A stretch of 64,000 bases of DNA from the NCBI GenBank assembly GCA_002716945.1, contig PBCF01000002.1:206404-270403 (forward strand), given 5' to 3'. Shown here piece by piece: positions 54,562-64,000 of this stretch. The position numbers were made by a program, and so were the translations under genes. The notes under the pieces are model-generated. The model was not told the DNA's origin, did no database searches, and saw nothing but the letters and a program-made list of their open reading frames with translations. Origin of the DNA: Gammaproteobacteria bacterium (lineage in GTDB: Bacteria; Pseudomonadota; Gammaproteobacteria; GCA-002705445; GCA-002716945). Within the stretch, counting starts at the first letter, position 1. The number at the start of each line of letters is the position of its first letter.

Positions 54562-55673
54562 TAAAAATCAAAAGATTGATGACATTCTAATCATTAATAA
54601 AAAATTAAAAAATGAGTTAAATGATCTCCGGGGGTTAGTTTGACTTTAGTAATATAAAAAAACAAATTGATTCGATAACGTCAGACTTGGCTAACGAAGA
54701 GGTTTGGAAAGAAAGAGTAAAACTTACTTCGCTGCAAAAAAGACAAAAAAGACTTGAATTATTATTTACTAATATTAATAAAATTCAAAATAATATAGAA
54801 ATGATTGATTATACTCTTGAATCTATAATTTCCGATAACCAGCAAAATGATAATGATTTAATAGATGAAATGTCAAATTTATCAAAAGAAACTCAAAAAA
54901 TTTTACACACATTATCAATTCAAAATATTTTTACTGGAGAACAAGACTCTCATGATGCATATATTGATATTCAATCAGGTTCAGGAGGAACTGAAGCTCA
55001 AGATTGGGTAGCAATGTTAATGAGAATGTATCTAAGATGGACAGAATCTCATGATTTCAAATCTGAAATAACAGAACTATCTGAAGGTGAAGTTGCAGGC
55101 TATAAGAGCGTTACAATTAAAATCAATGGTGATTATATATATGGATGGTTAAGAACAGAAACAGGCATACATAGATTAGTTAGAAAATCACCATTTGACT
55201 CTGGTAATAGAAGACATACATCATTTGCATCTGTTTTTGTATATCCTCAGATTGATGATAGTTTTGAAGTTGATATTAACCCATCAGATTTAAGGATTGA
55301 TGTTTATAGAGCAAGTGGGGCAGGAGGTCAACATGTCAACACTACTGAATCAGCAGTAAGAATTACACATTTACCAACAAAAATTGTAGCACAATGCCAA
55401 AATGATAGATCTCAACATAAGAACAAAGAATCAGCATTAAAGCAACTTCGTGCTAAACTGTACATGTATGAATTAGAAAAAAAGAATCAGGTCAAAGATA
55501 AAATTGAATCAGAAAAATCTGACATATCTTGGGGAAATCAAATTAGATCATATATCCTTGATGATTCTAGAGTTAAAGATTTACGGACTAAATACGAGAC
55601 AGGAAACACTCAAGCTGTATTAGATGGAGATATAGACGATTTTATACAAGAAAGTTTAAAAATGGGTTTATAA
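54554..55673 (+). CDS. prfB: Peptide chain release factor 2, requiring programmed +1 frameshift at 54638-54644
   Basis: Frame 0 reads ATG 54554, MNNKNQKIDDILIINKKLKNELNDLRGLV, then UGA (54641-43). The +1 frame from GAC 54642 continues DFSNIKKQ... into full RF2 (SGGTEAQDW, GGQHVNTTESAVRITH with the GGQ motif). The +1 frame is closed by TAG immediately upstream at 54636-38. Confidence 0.9.
54630..54644 (+). other. prfB programmed +1 ribosomal frameshift cassette: SD-like GGGGG, 3-nt spacer, GUU UGA C
   Basis: CGGGGGUUAGUUUGAC aligns base-for-base in spacing with the E. coli cassette AGGGGGUAUCUUUGAC. The only difference is that the slippery codon is GUU instead of CUU. Confidence 0.75.
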
Positions 55674-55674
55674 A

Positions 55675-57147
55675 ATGGATGATGATAATAAATTAATATT
55701 AGAAAGAAAAAGAAAATTAGATAATTTAAAGGAAAAAGTCAATCCGTACCCAAATATATTTGAAAAAAATCATAATACACTACAATTGCATTCTGACTAT
55801 GATAATGATGACAAAGAATTATTATCTGAGAAATCTAAAAATATATCTATAGCTGGAAGATTACTAACCATTAGAGAAATGGGAAATTCTATTTTTGCAG
55901 ACTTACATGATGAGCATGGAAAAATTCAAATATATATTCAACCTAACACGCTAGATGAAAGAAGTTCATTAGTATTATCAAATCTAGATTTGGGTGACAT
56001 AGTTGGTGTAAATGGTATTTTGTTTAAAACCAAAACCAATGAATTAACAATCAAAATATCTGAGATTTTATTACTAGCAAAATCATTACGACCACTACCA
56101 GAAAAATTCCATGGTATAGCTGATATAGAGATTAAATATAGACAAAGATATTTAGATCTTATGATAAACAAAGATTCAAGAAATCTTTTTAAAGAACGAT
56201 CAAAAATAATAACTACAATTAGAGATCATTTTATAAAGCATGATTTTCTAGAAATAGAAACACCAATGATGCATACAATCCCTGGTGGTGCATTAGCTAA
56301 ACCATTCATAACACATCATAACGCTTTAGATCTAGATTTGTTTTTAAGAATAGCGCCAGAGCTTTTTTTAAAAAGATGTATTATTGGAGGTTTTGAAAAG
56401 ATTTTTGAGATTAACAGAAGTTTTAGAAATGAGGGATTGTCAGTTAAGCATAATCCTGAGTTTACGATGATAGAGTTTTATATTGCATATCAAAACTATC
56501 TTTTTTTAATGAATTTTATTGAAGACATTTTTGAGACAATTAAATCATCTCTTAAAATAACTGATGTTTTGAAATATCAAGGAACTAAAATTAATATAAA
56601 AAAACCATTCAAAAGAATTAAATTCTATGATGCACTTATCAATTATAATAATGAAATTAATAATAAAAACATGAATGATATAAAATTTTTAAAAAATTAT
56701 TCAAATGATAATGGAATATCATTATCAGACGATAATTCATTATATTTAATACAATTAGATATCTTTGAAAAAACAGTAGAAAAAGAATTAATAGATCCTA
56801 CTTTTATTATTGAGTATCCAACTGCAGTATCTCCGTTAGCACGTAGTTTAGATAATAATCCTGACGTAGTTGAAAGATTTGAATTATTTATAGCGGGAAG
56901 AGAAATAGCAAATGGTTTTTCTGAGCTTAATAATCCACAAGAACAAGCAGAACGTTTTATCAAACAATCAAAATTAAAACATGAAGAAAAAATGTCGCAT
57001 GATAAAGATTTTGTGAAAGCATTAGAATATGGAATGCCACCTACAGCAGGCGCTGGAATAGGAATTGATAGATTGATTATGTTGTTGACAGATTCATCGT
57101 CAATTAGAGATGTATTATTATTTCCCTTAATGAAACCAAAGAATTAA
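55675..57147 (+). CDS. lysS: Lysine--tRNA ligase (class II)
   Basis: 490 aa with an OB-fold anticodon-binding domain and class II motifs (FRNEGLSVKHNPEFTMIEFY, GAGIGIDRLIMLL). It forms a prfB-lysS operon, as in E. coli. Confidence 0.95.
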   Translation: MDDDNKLILERKRKLDNLKEKVNPYPNIFEKNHNTLQLHSDYDNDDKELLSEKSKNISIAGRLLTIREMGNSIFADLHDEHGKIQIYIQPNTLDERSSLVLSNLDLGDIVGVNGILFKTKTNELTIKISEILLLAKSLRPLPEKFHGIADIEIKYRQRYLDLMINKDSRNLFKERSKIITTIRDHFIKHDFLEIETPMMHTIPGGALAKPFITHHNALDLDLFLRIAPELFLKRCIIGGFEKIFEINRSFRNEGLSVKHNPEFTMIEFYIAYQNYLFLMNFIEDIFETIKSSLKITDVLKYQGTKINIKKPFKRIKFYDALINYNNEINNKNMNDIKFLKNYSNDNGISLSDDNSLYLIQLDIFEKTVEKELIDPTFIIEYPTAVSPLARSLDNNPDVVERFELFIAGREIANGFSELNNPQEQAERFIKQSKLKHEEKMSHDKDFVKALEYGMPPTAGAGIGIDRLIMLLTDSSSIRDVLLFPLMKPKN

Positions 57148-57389
57148 ATTTCTAGCAGGTTATTTAAAAAAGTATAAAATTTTGCCTCTATTCGGTCATT
57201 GTCATATATAAAGATTCTTTCTAGATCCTTAATTTTGATGTTATTATCTACATTAATAGTTATTTGATTATGATTTTGCGGATATATTACAATTTGATTA
57301 TTTGTTGATTGATATTCAATATTATTGCTATCTAAAAAAAATTCAATTTCTGCTATTATAATATAAATAATATCATTTTGATTCGTCAT
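57144..57389 (-). CDS. Hypothetical small protein translationally coupled to purB
   Basis: 81-aa ORF whose start overlaps the purB 3' end by 17 nt on the same strand. It is convergent with lysS. I recognise no motif. Confidence 0.3.
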   Translation of the reverse strand: MTNQNDIIYIIIAEIEFFLDSNNIEYQSTNNQIVIYPQNHNQITINVDNNIKIKDLERIFIYDNDRIEAKFYTFLNNLLEI

Positions 57390-58743
57390 AAGTCATTTTT
57401 ACTGCATAACCAATATACTTCTTTGGTGTTAAATTTAAAAGTAATCTTTTATCGCTTTCTGGTATCATTAAATTATTGATGATTTTTTGTACTATCTCCT
57501 TTGTAACTTTCTTACCTCTAGTTTCTTTTTTTAAAATTTCATAAGAATTAGGTATATTATATTTCCTTGCAATCATTTGTATTGGTTCTGCAAGTATTTC
57601 CCATGAATCAGATAAATCTTGATCTAATGCTTTATTATTTATAGAAATTTTATTTAGGCCTAATATCATATTTTCATACGCAAGATATGAATAACTAAAA
57701 GATATTCCTATATTTCTTAAAACTGTTGAATCTGATAAATCTCTTTGTAATCTGGATATTACCAATTTTTCTGAGAAAAATTTTAATAAACTATTACTAA
57801 CACCTAAATTACCTTCAGCATTTTCAAAATTTATAGGGTTTATTTTATGAGGCATTGTAGATGATCCAATTTCACCTTTAACATTTTTTTGAATGAAATA
57901 ATGTTTGGAAATATATGTCCATATATCTTGTGATAACCCAATTAATATTGAATTATAATGTGTTAGTGTATTAGAGAGTTGACAAATATAATCATGAGGT
58001 TCTATCTGTGTTGTATATTTATTTTGTTTAATGTCAAAAGATTCAATAAATTTCTTAGTAGCTTTAGGCCAATTTACATTAGGAAATGTTATTGAATGAG
58101 ACGAATAATTTCCAGTGGCTCCATTAAATTTACCGTATATATCAATTTTACAAAAATTATTTGATATGTTCATTAATCTTGTATAAAAATTTAAAAATTC
58201 TTTACCCATTGTAGTTGGGCTGGCTACTTGACCATGTGTATGAGATATCATTTCATTTTTAGCATATTTCTTTACAAGTTTATTAATTAATTTGTTTAGA
58301 TTATTCATTTTTGATGATAAAAGCTGTCGTCCATGTTTAATCATCAATGCATACGCCATATTATTTATATCTTCAGAGGTACAACATATATGTACACATT
58401 CAGTATATTCTTTTAACTTTTTATGGGTTTTAATCTTATCTTTTATAAAATATTCAATTGCTTTTACATCATGTTTTGTTACAGATTCAAGTTTTTTTAT
58501 TTTTTCAGCATCTTTAATAGAAAACTTATTATATATGTCCAGCAAAAATGTTTTAGATGTGTTACTTAGTTTAGGTAAGCTCTTTATTTCCTTTAAATCA
58601 CTAAGAAATATAAGCCATTTTATTTCAACAAAAACTCTATTTTTAATCAATGCATACTCTGAGAATAGTTGCGTCATATTATGACAGATTTCAGAATATC
58701 TACCGTCTATTGGTGAGATTGAGAGTAAATCATATTTTTTCAT
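57373..58743 (-). CDS. purB: Adenylosuccinate lyase
   Basis: 456 aa with the PurB N-terminus (LSISPIDGRYS) and the fumarate-lyase signature region (GSSTMPHKINPI). Confidence 0.95.
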   Translation of the reverse strand: MKKYDLLSISPIDGRYSEICHNMTQLFSEYALIKNRVFVEIKWLIFLSDLKEIKSLPKLSNTSKTFLLDIYNKFSIKDAEKIKKLESVTKHDVKAIEYFIKDKIKTHKKLKEYTECVHICCTSEDINNMAYALMIKHGRQLLSSKMNNLNKLINKLVKKYAKNEMISHTHGQVASPTTMGKEFLNFYTRLMNISNNFCKIDIYGKFNGATGNYSSHSITFPNVNWPKATKKFIESFDIKQNKYTTQIEPHDYICQLSNTLTHYNSILIGLSQDIWTYISKHYFIQKNVKGEIGSSTMPHKINPINFENAEGNLGVSNSLLKFFSEKLVISRLQRDLSDSTVLRNIGISFSYSYLAYENMILGLNKISINNKALDQDLSDSWEILAEPIQMIARKYNIPNSYEILKKETRGKKVTKEIVQKIINNLMIPESDKRLLLNLTPKKYIGYAVKMTYDESK

Positions 58744-58817
58744 ACTTAATATTTACCCTAAAAATGTTATTATAGCATAAATAAAACATTTATGTTATAA
58801 GACTAGCAATTGTCCTC

Positions 58818-60179
58818 ATGAAAAAGAAAATTACATATAAAATAGAAGAAGATTCTTTAGGAAAGGTAAAAGTCCCAAAAGATGCTTTATATGGAGCTCA
58901 AACACAAAGAGCAATTGATAATTTTAAGATTAGTGGAGAACCATTCCCACCTGTTTTTCTTCAGGCATTGGCATTAATAAAAGCATCATGTGCTTTAGCA
59001 AATAAAGAATTTGGTTTACTTACTCCTAAAAAATCTCAAGCCATCTATAAATCTGCTATGGATATTTGTAATAACATTGATAAATATTACAATCAATTTC
59101 CAATTGATATCTTTCAAACTGGTTCTGGAACAAGTACAAATATGAACATGAACGAAGTTATAGCCAATATGGCTTCAAAAACACTTAAGTCTAAAGTGCA
59201 TCCAAATGATGATGTTAATATGTCTCAAAGCTCTAATGATGTAATACCATCTACTATAATTATTAGTTCATGGTTATCAAGTCAACATTTAGATGATGCA
59301 ATACAAGTCATGTTAAACAGTTTACGAGTAAGAGCAAAAAAAACCAATGTTATTAAATCTGCAAGAACCCACTTAATGGATGCAGTCCCAGTAAACTTTT
59401 CAGAAGAAATTATGAATTGGTATGGAATGATTTTAGATTCTCTTGTCCTTGAGTTCCATCCAACGTCTTTGCCTATTGGAGGAACAGCAGTAGGAACAGG
59501 AATAAATGCACCTAAAGATTTTGGAAATAAAGTTTGTAAGAATTTAAATAAAATACTTAAGATCAAATCAGGTTTTGATGCGATTCATACATATAGATAT
59601 ATTAGTTCACAAAATCATATACTTGAGTTAAGCGGTAGATATCTTGTTCTTGCATCTGCACTAACAAAAATTTCAAATGATCTCCGTTGGTATAATAGTG
59701 GTCCAATTTCAGGACTTGGTGAAATTACACTTAAACCATTACAACCTGGAAGCAGTATAATGCCTGGCAAAATAAATCCTGTAATACCTGAGGCAGTTTT
59801 AATGGCAATGGCACAAGTTACTGGAAATCATACAACGATTAATATTGCATGTACTTCCGGTAATTTTCAATTAAATACAATGTTACCCGTGATAGCATTA
59901 AATATTTTAGAGTCTGCTAACTTACTTGAAAACTCTTTATTAGCATTATCTAAGGTTATTGATACTTTCAAAGTAAATGTTAAAAAAATTCAATCCAATG
60001 TAGAAAAAAATCCTATCATAGCCACAAAACTAAATGAGATTATTGGATATGATTTAACCGCTAAAATTGTCAAGGAGGCATATAAAAGCAATAAATCAAT
60101 TATTGATATAGCTGAAAAGATGACAGATTTTTCTAAATCTGAACTAAGAAAATTGTTAGATCCAAAAAAACTTGTATAG
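58818..60179 (+). CDS. fumC: Class II fumarate hydratase (FumC-type; aspartase/fumarase superfamily)
   Basis: 453 aa with GAQTQRAIDNF (fumarase-like, versus GVHTLRA in aspartase) and the signature GSSIMPGKINP. Confidence 0.75.
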   Translation: MKKKITYKIEEDSLGKVKVPKDALYGAQTQRAIDNFKISGEPFPPVFLQALALIKASCALANKEFGLLTPKKSQAIYKSAMDICNNIDKYYNQFPIDIFQTGSGTSTNMNMNEVIANMASKTLKSKVHPNDDVNMSQSSNDVIPSTIIISSWLSSQHLDDAIQVMLNSLRVRAKKTNVIKSARTHLMDAVPVNFSEEIMNWYGMILDSLVLEFHPTSLPIGGTAVGTGINAPKDFGNKVCKNLNKILKIKSGFDAIHTYRYISSQNHILELSGRYLVLASALTKISNDLRWYNSGPISGLGEITLKPLQPGSSIMPGKINPVIPEAVLMAMAQVTGNHTTINIACTSGNFQLNTMLPVIALNILESANLLENSLLALSKVIDTFKVNVKKIQSNVEKNPIIATKLNEIIGYDLTAKIVKEAYKSNKSIIDIAEKMTDFSKSELRKLLDPKKLV

Positions 60180-60180
60180 A

Positions 60181-60876
60181 ATGCTAAATGATAATCAAGC
60201 TGATTTTATTTTTATAAAATGGGTATATTTTGTAGTTATCCTTTTGATAGCTATATCAATACTCCATCAAGTTGGATTTATCAAAGATCTTTTTATTAGT
60301 GATATAAGTTATATTTCCTCTCTAATATTATTTTTATTTATTATATTTACTATAAAAGTTGGATTAACCTTGTATCATATTAAAAACACAAATAAATATC
60401 TTTCAAGCCTTTTAACTAATACAACTATTGAAGATCTAGAAAACTTACAAAAGACGTCAGATATTCCAGATAATTTTTTTAATAAATGTATAACAAAACA
60501 CCTTATAAACTCTTTAAATCATACGGATGATACAACTGACGAATTAAACAAAATATTTGAATTTAAAATTACAAAACCTTTGGAAATAGGCTGGTTAATG
60601 TCAGATTTATTATTAAAACTAGGTCTTATTGGTACTGTTATAGGTTTTATAATAATGCTTAATTCCGTTACCTTGATAGAAAATTTTGATTTAACGATGA
60701 TGCAAGATTTATTAAAACAAATGAGTGGCGGGATGAAGGTTGCATTATATACCACACTAACAGGTCTTATTACATCTATATTACTTTCAACGCAATATAA
60801 ATATTTAGAAGAAAAAATCTATGACATTGTTTGTATCACTAATGAAAATATTGAACTTTATTTAAAGAATGATTAG
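60181..60876 (+). CDS. MotA/TolQ/ExbB-family proton-channel protein (four predicted TM helices)
   Basis: The C-terminal two TM helices carry the MotA_ExbB signature (LGLIGTVIGFIIML and GMKVALYTTLTGLITSILLS). I chose ATG 60181 over the upstream TTG 60172. Its start overlaps the fumC stop. Confidence 0.7.
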   Translation: MLNDNQADFIFIKWVYFVVILLIAISILHQVGFIKDLFISDISYISSLILFLFIIFTIKVGLTLYHIKNTNKYLSSLLTNTTIEDLENLQKTSDIPDNFFNKCITKHLINSLNHTDDTTDELNKIFEFKITKPLEIGWLMSDLLLKLGLIGTVIGFIIMLNSVTLIENFDLTMMQDLLKQMSGGMKVALYTTLTGLITSILLSTQYKYLEEKIYDIVCITNENIELYLKND

Positions 60877-61477
60877 AAAAAACAGAAATACCAACTTTGA
60901 TCCATTTACAGATTTATTATTTAATATATTACTTGGATTTACTTTTCTTTTTTTTATAACAATTTTATTTATTAATCCAATATCAAAAATAGGTAACGTT
61001 AATTTAAAAGCAGAATACATTATTACAGTAGACTGGAAGGATACTTTACCTGACGATGTAGATTTGTGGGTACAAGATCCAAACGGAGAAATTGTTTCTT
61101 ATTTAAAAAAAGATGCAGGATGGCTACATCTAGATAGAGACGATAGGGGTGTAATTAATGATAAAGTTATTATAAATGGCAAAGAGGTAATATATCCTAT
61201 TAATCGTGAAGTTGTTACATTAAGAGGTATTATTCCAGGAGAATATATTATTAATCTGTATTTATATGAAAACAAAAGCAATCAACCTGTTCGAACTAAA
61301 GTAATTATTGAGAAAGTTAATCCTACATTAAAAATGGTTTTTATTGATAATATAATTTTAGATCAAAAAGATACTGAAATAACAATTGCTAGATTTCATT
61401 TGAATGATAGGGGAGATTTTAGTTTTACTTCAAATCAAAAAAAGATTTTAACTCCATATGATTTAAAAGGTTTTTGA
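60869..61477 (+). CDS. ExbD/TolR-like protein with an enlarged, non-canonical ~150-aa periplasmic domain
   Basis: The N-terminal TM has the ExbD/TolR-type motif including the conserved Asp (NFDPFTDLLFNILLGFTFLFF, compare ExbD INVTPFIDVMLVLLIIFMV). The periplasmic domain is unrelated to the ExbD/TolR periplasmic or OmpA-like domains. It overlaps the upstream gene by 8 nt. Confidence 0.55.
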   Translation: MIRKNRNTNFDPFTDLLFNILLGFTFLFFITILFINPISKIGNVNLKAEYIITVDWKDTLPDDVDLWVQDPNGEIVSYLKKDAGWLHLDRDDRGVINDKVIINGKEVIYPINREVVTLRGIIPGEYIINLYLYENKSNQPVRTKVIIEKVNPTLKMVFIDNIILDQKDTEITIARFHLNDRGDFSFTSNQKKILTPYDLKGF

Positions 61478-61921
61478 ATGATATTTGAAATTATCCTTAT
61501 AATATTATTTATTACATTGATATATGGATTTCTTATACATAAAATTATTATTCAAATTGAAACAAAAAATAAGATTTTGTTAGTATTATCAATATTCTTA
61601 TTTTTTATTTTTATACAATTCAAGTATTTTGATAATTTAGGTTATCCTATATCTGAAGATTTACCAGAAAAATTCTATCTTTTGAATGTCTACAAGACTG
61701 ACAATAATGAATTAATATTGTTGATTAAAGATCCATCCACATCTGCTTTACCAAGATTATATAAATTAAAATACACCAAAAAACTTGAAGAAACACTTAG
61801 TGCTGCTATGAATAACTTAAATAAAGGTTTAAATATGATAGGAGTAATCGATCAAAAACTGTCTAACAATAATTATGGCATCTATTTTAGGACTATAAAA
61901 AAACAACTTCCAACTAAATAG
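61478..61921 (+). CDS. Small two-TM membrane protein of unknown function
   Basis: 147 aa with two hydrophobic helices then an ~80-aa soluble domain. Its ATG abuts the upstream stop (TGAATG). Confidence 0.4.
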   Translation: MIFEIILIILFITLIYGFLIHKIIIQIETKNKILLVLSIFLFFIFIQFKYFDNLGYPISEDLPEKFYLLNVYKTDNNELILLIKDPSTSALPRLYKLKYTKKLEETLSAAMNNLNKGLNMIGVIDQKLSNNNYGIYFRTIKKQLPTK

Positions 61922-61979
61922 TTATTATTTTTTATAAAATTTATGATAGAATATGCCAAATTTCTGATAGGCTTAAAAT

Positions 61980-64000
61980 ATGAATTTTAAAGATAAAATC
62001 GTAGTTTCAGATAATACATACAGTATCTTTAATATTAATCGTTTAAATATTTCTCATCTTCCGTATTCTATTAAGATATTATTTGAAAACTATATTCGTA
62101 ATAACCATACAAAATTAGATAATAATATTATTAACTATTTTTTGAATTGGAATGGCAGAGTAAATTCAAACAATGAAATTACTTTTTCACCAAGTAGAGT
62201 AATAATGCAAGACTTTACTGGTGTACCTGCAATTGTTGATTTGGCTTCAATGCGGGATGCAGTAAAAAAAAATAATGGCGATCCTTCTTTAATTAATCCT
62301 CAATGTCAGACAGATTTAGTTATAGACCATTCTATAATGGTGGACCATTATGGCTCTAACAATGCTACTGATCTTAATATTAAACTTGAGTATAAAAGAA
62401 ATGCTGAACGTTATAGATTATTAAAATGGGGACAGTCTGCATTTGAAAACTTAAGAGTCATTCCGCCAAATAATGGTATTATTCACCAAATAAATATTGA
62501 ATATATTTCTAAAGTTATTTTTAACAAAAATAACGTTTTATATCCTGATACTGTTGTTGGGACAGACTCTCACACAACAATGGTTAATGGTCTAGGTGTA
62601 TTAGGTTGGGGTGTTGGTGGAATAGAAGCAGAAGCTTCAATGTTAGGTCAACCTATACCTATGCTTTTACCAGAAGTAATTGGATTTGAATTGGATGGCA
62701 AATTAAATCAAGGGTCAACAGCAACAGATTTAGTTTTAACTATCGTAGAAATGTTAAGGGAAAAGAATGTTGTTGGTAAATTTGTAGAATTTTTTGGAGA
62801 TGGGCTTGATAATCTTTCTATTGCTGATAGATGTACTATTTCAAATATGGCCCCAGAGTACGGAGCGACCTGTGGTTTCTTTCCAATAGACAATTTGACT
62901 TTGGAGTATTTAGATACAACTGGTAAAACTAAAAGATTACTTAATATTGTTGAACAATACTCTAAACTAAATGGGCTATTTAGAAATCCTCAATCTAATA
63001 TTAAATATACAGACACACTATCTTTAGATATATCAACGGTGCAATCATGCATATCTGGTCCTAAAAAACCTGAAGACAGAGTTAATTTATCAGATGTTAA
63101 AGATATAGCTACCAACGAAATACAAAAACTGAAAAACAAAAAATCTAAATCTAATTTAATTGATGATGGTTCTATATTAATTGCAGCTATAACAAGTTGT
63201 ACTAATACTTCTAATCCAAATGTTATTATTGGCGCTGGTTTGTTAGCAAAAAATGCTGTAGATAGAGGTCTTAAAGTTAAAGAATGGGTAAAAACATCAT
63301 TAGCTCCGGGTTCGAGAGTTGTTAAAAATTATCTCGAAAAAGCTGGACTGCTTAAATATTTTGATCTCTTAGGGTTTAACATTGTAGGTTTTGGATGTAC
63401 CACCTGTATTGGAAATTCTGGACCGTTAAAAAAAGAATATACTGATGAAATTTCTAAACATGAGTTGGTTGTAAGTTCAATCTTATCAGGCAATAGAAAC
63501 TTTGAGGGAAGAATTCATCCTGAAATTAAAATGAATTTTTTAGCATCACCAATGCTAGTAATTGCTTATTCTTTAATTGGTAAAATTAATATTGATATTA
63601 ATAGCCATAGTCTTGGTAAAGATAAGGATAATAAAGATGTTTATTTAAAAGATATTTGGCCGCCTTTTGAAGAAATAAATCAAGTTGTCTCTAAAACTAT
63701 CACTCGCAAAATGTTTGAAGATTCTTATAAAGATATTTACAAGGGTGGAGACGAATGGGGTAGGATAGATATAAATAAGTCTGATAATTTTAAATGGCAA
63801 AACGATTCTACATATATTCAACCATCACCGTTTTTCAAAAAATCAAATACAACAGCTAATAAATTGAAATCTATAGAAAATGCATATCCGCTCGTAGTGC
63901 TTGGAGATAGTATAACAACAGATCATATATCGCCAGCTGGTTCATTTAAAGACACATCACCTGCGGGTGAATTTTTATTAAGCAAGGGTACTAAAATAAG
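61980..64000 (+). CDS. acnA: Aconitate hydratase A, 3'-truncated at the window edge
   Basis: The frame is open from ATG 61980 to the window end. It shows aconitase motifs (VIMQDFTGVPAIVDLA, GTDSHTTM, NMAPEYGAT, ITSCTNTSN, GCTTCIGNSG). Confidence 0.9.
   Translation, partial: MNFKDKIVVSDNTYSIFNINRLNISHLPYSIKILFENYIRNNHTKLDNNIINYFLNWNGRVNSNNEITFSPSRVIMQDFTGVPAIVDLASMRDAVKKNNGDPSLINPQCQTDLVIDHSIMVDHYGSNNATDLNIKLEYKRNAERYRLLKWGQSAFENLRVIPPNNGIIHQINIEYISKVIFNKNNVLYPDTVVGTDSHTTMVNGLGVLGWGVGGIEAEASMLGQPIPMLLPEVIGFELDGKLNQGSTATDLVLTIVEMLREKNVVGKFVEFFGDGLDNLSIADRCTISNMAPEYGATCGFFPIDNLTLEYLDTTGKTKRLLNIVEQYSKLNGLFRNPQSNIKYTDTLSLDISTVQSCISGPKKPEDRVNLSDVKDIATNEIQKLKNKKSKSNLIDDGSILIAAITSCTNTSNPNVIIGAGLLAKNAVDRGLKVKEWVKTSLAPGSRVVKNYLEKAGLLKYFDLLGFNIVGFGCTTCIGNSGPLKKEYTDEISKHELVVSSILSGNRNFEGRIHPEIKMNFLASPMLVIAYSLIGKINIDINSHSLGKDKDNKDVYLKDIWPPFEEINQVVSKTITRKMFEDSYKDIYKGGDEWGRIDINKSDNFKWQNDSTYIQPSPFFKKSNTTANKLKSIENAYPLVVLGDSITTDHISPAGSFKDTSPAGEFLLSKGTKI

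Overview
The window is a dense, visibly AT-rich run of core housekeeping genes from a streamlined gammaproteobacterium; A/T-ending codons dominate. Gene order matches Pseudomonadales-type synteny: hflKC-DUF2065-hisZ-purA, uvrB divergent from an aminotransferase, and thrS-infC-rpmI-rplT-pheST-ihfA-MerR. A small-genome marine lineage such as SAR86 is plausible, but I cannot confirm that from sequence alone. Almost every base is coding. I call about 65 CDS, three tRNAs (Leu-CAA, Asn-GUU, Val-GAC), one rho-independent terminator, a near-consensus IscR type-1 operator and the prfB programmed +1 frameshift site. I see no CRISPR array, IS element, integrase or prophage-like content. Several classically conserved operons are compacted: there is no hflX between hfq and hflK, no amiB-mutL between tsaE and miaA, no zipA between smc and ligA, and no priB between rpsF and rpsR. 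Four features deviate from textbook architecture. (1) The isc locus has IscR fused in-frame to IscS, a conserved IscR autoregulatory box, and no iscU scaffold gene, although the IscU-specific chaperones HscB/HscA are retained. (2) prfB keeps the canonical SD-spacer-slippery-UGA-C frameshift cassette but with GUU instead of CUU as the slippery codon. (3) A tightly coupled four-gene unit runs fumC, a MotA/ExbB-type proton-channel protein, an ExbD/TolR-like protein with an unusually large non-canonical periplasmic domain, and a small two-TM protein. It has no TonB/TolA/Pal/flagellar partner and is my best candidate for an undescribed PMF-driven module. (4) A stand-alone PD-(D/E)XK (RecB-fold) nuclease-like ORF sits between a MerR regulator and prfB. 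Minor items are a DUF2065 gene with no canonical start codon, a probable AUU start for infC, a short type-I-like QueF in a gammaproteobacterium, and a truncated RNase E.
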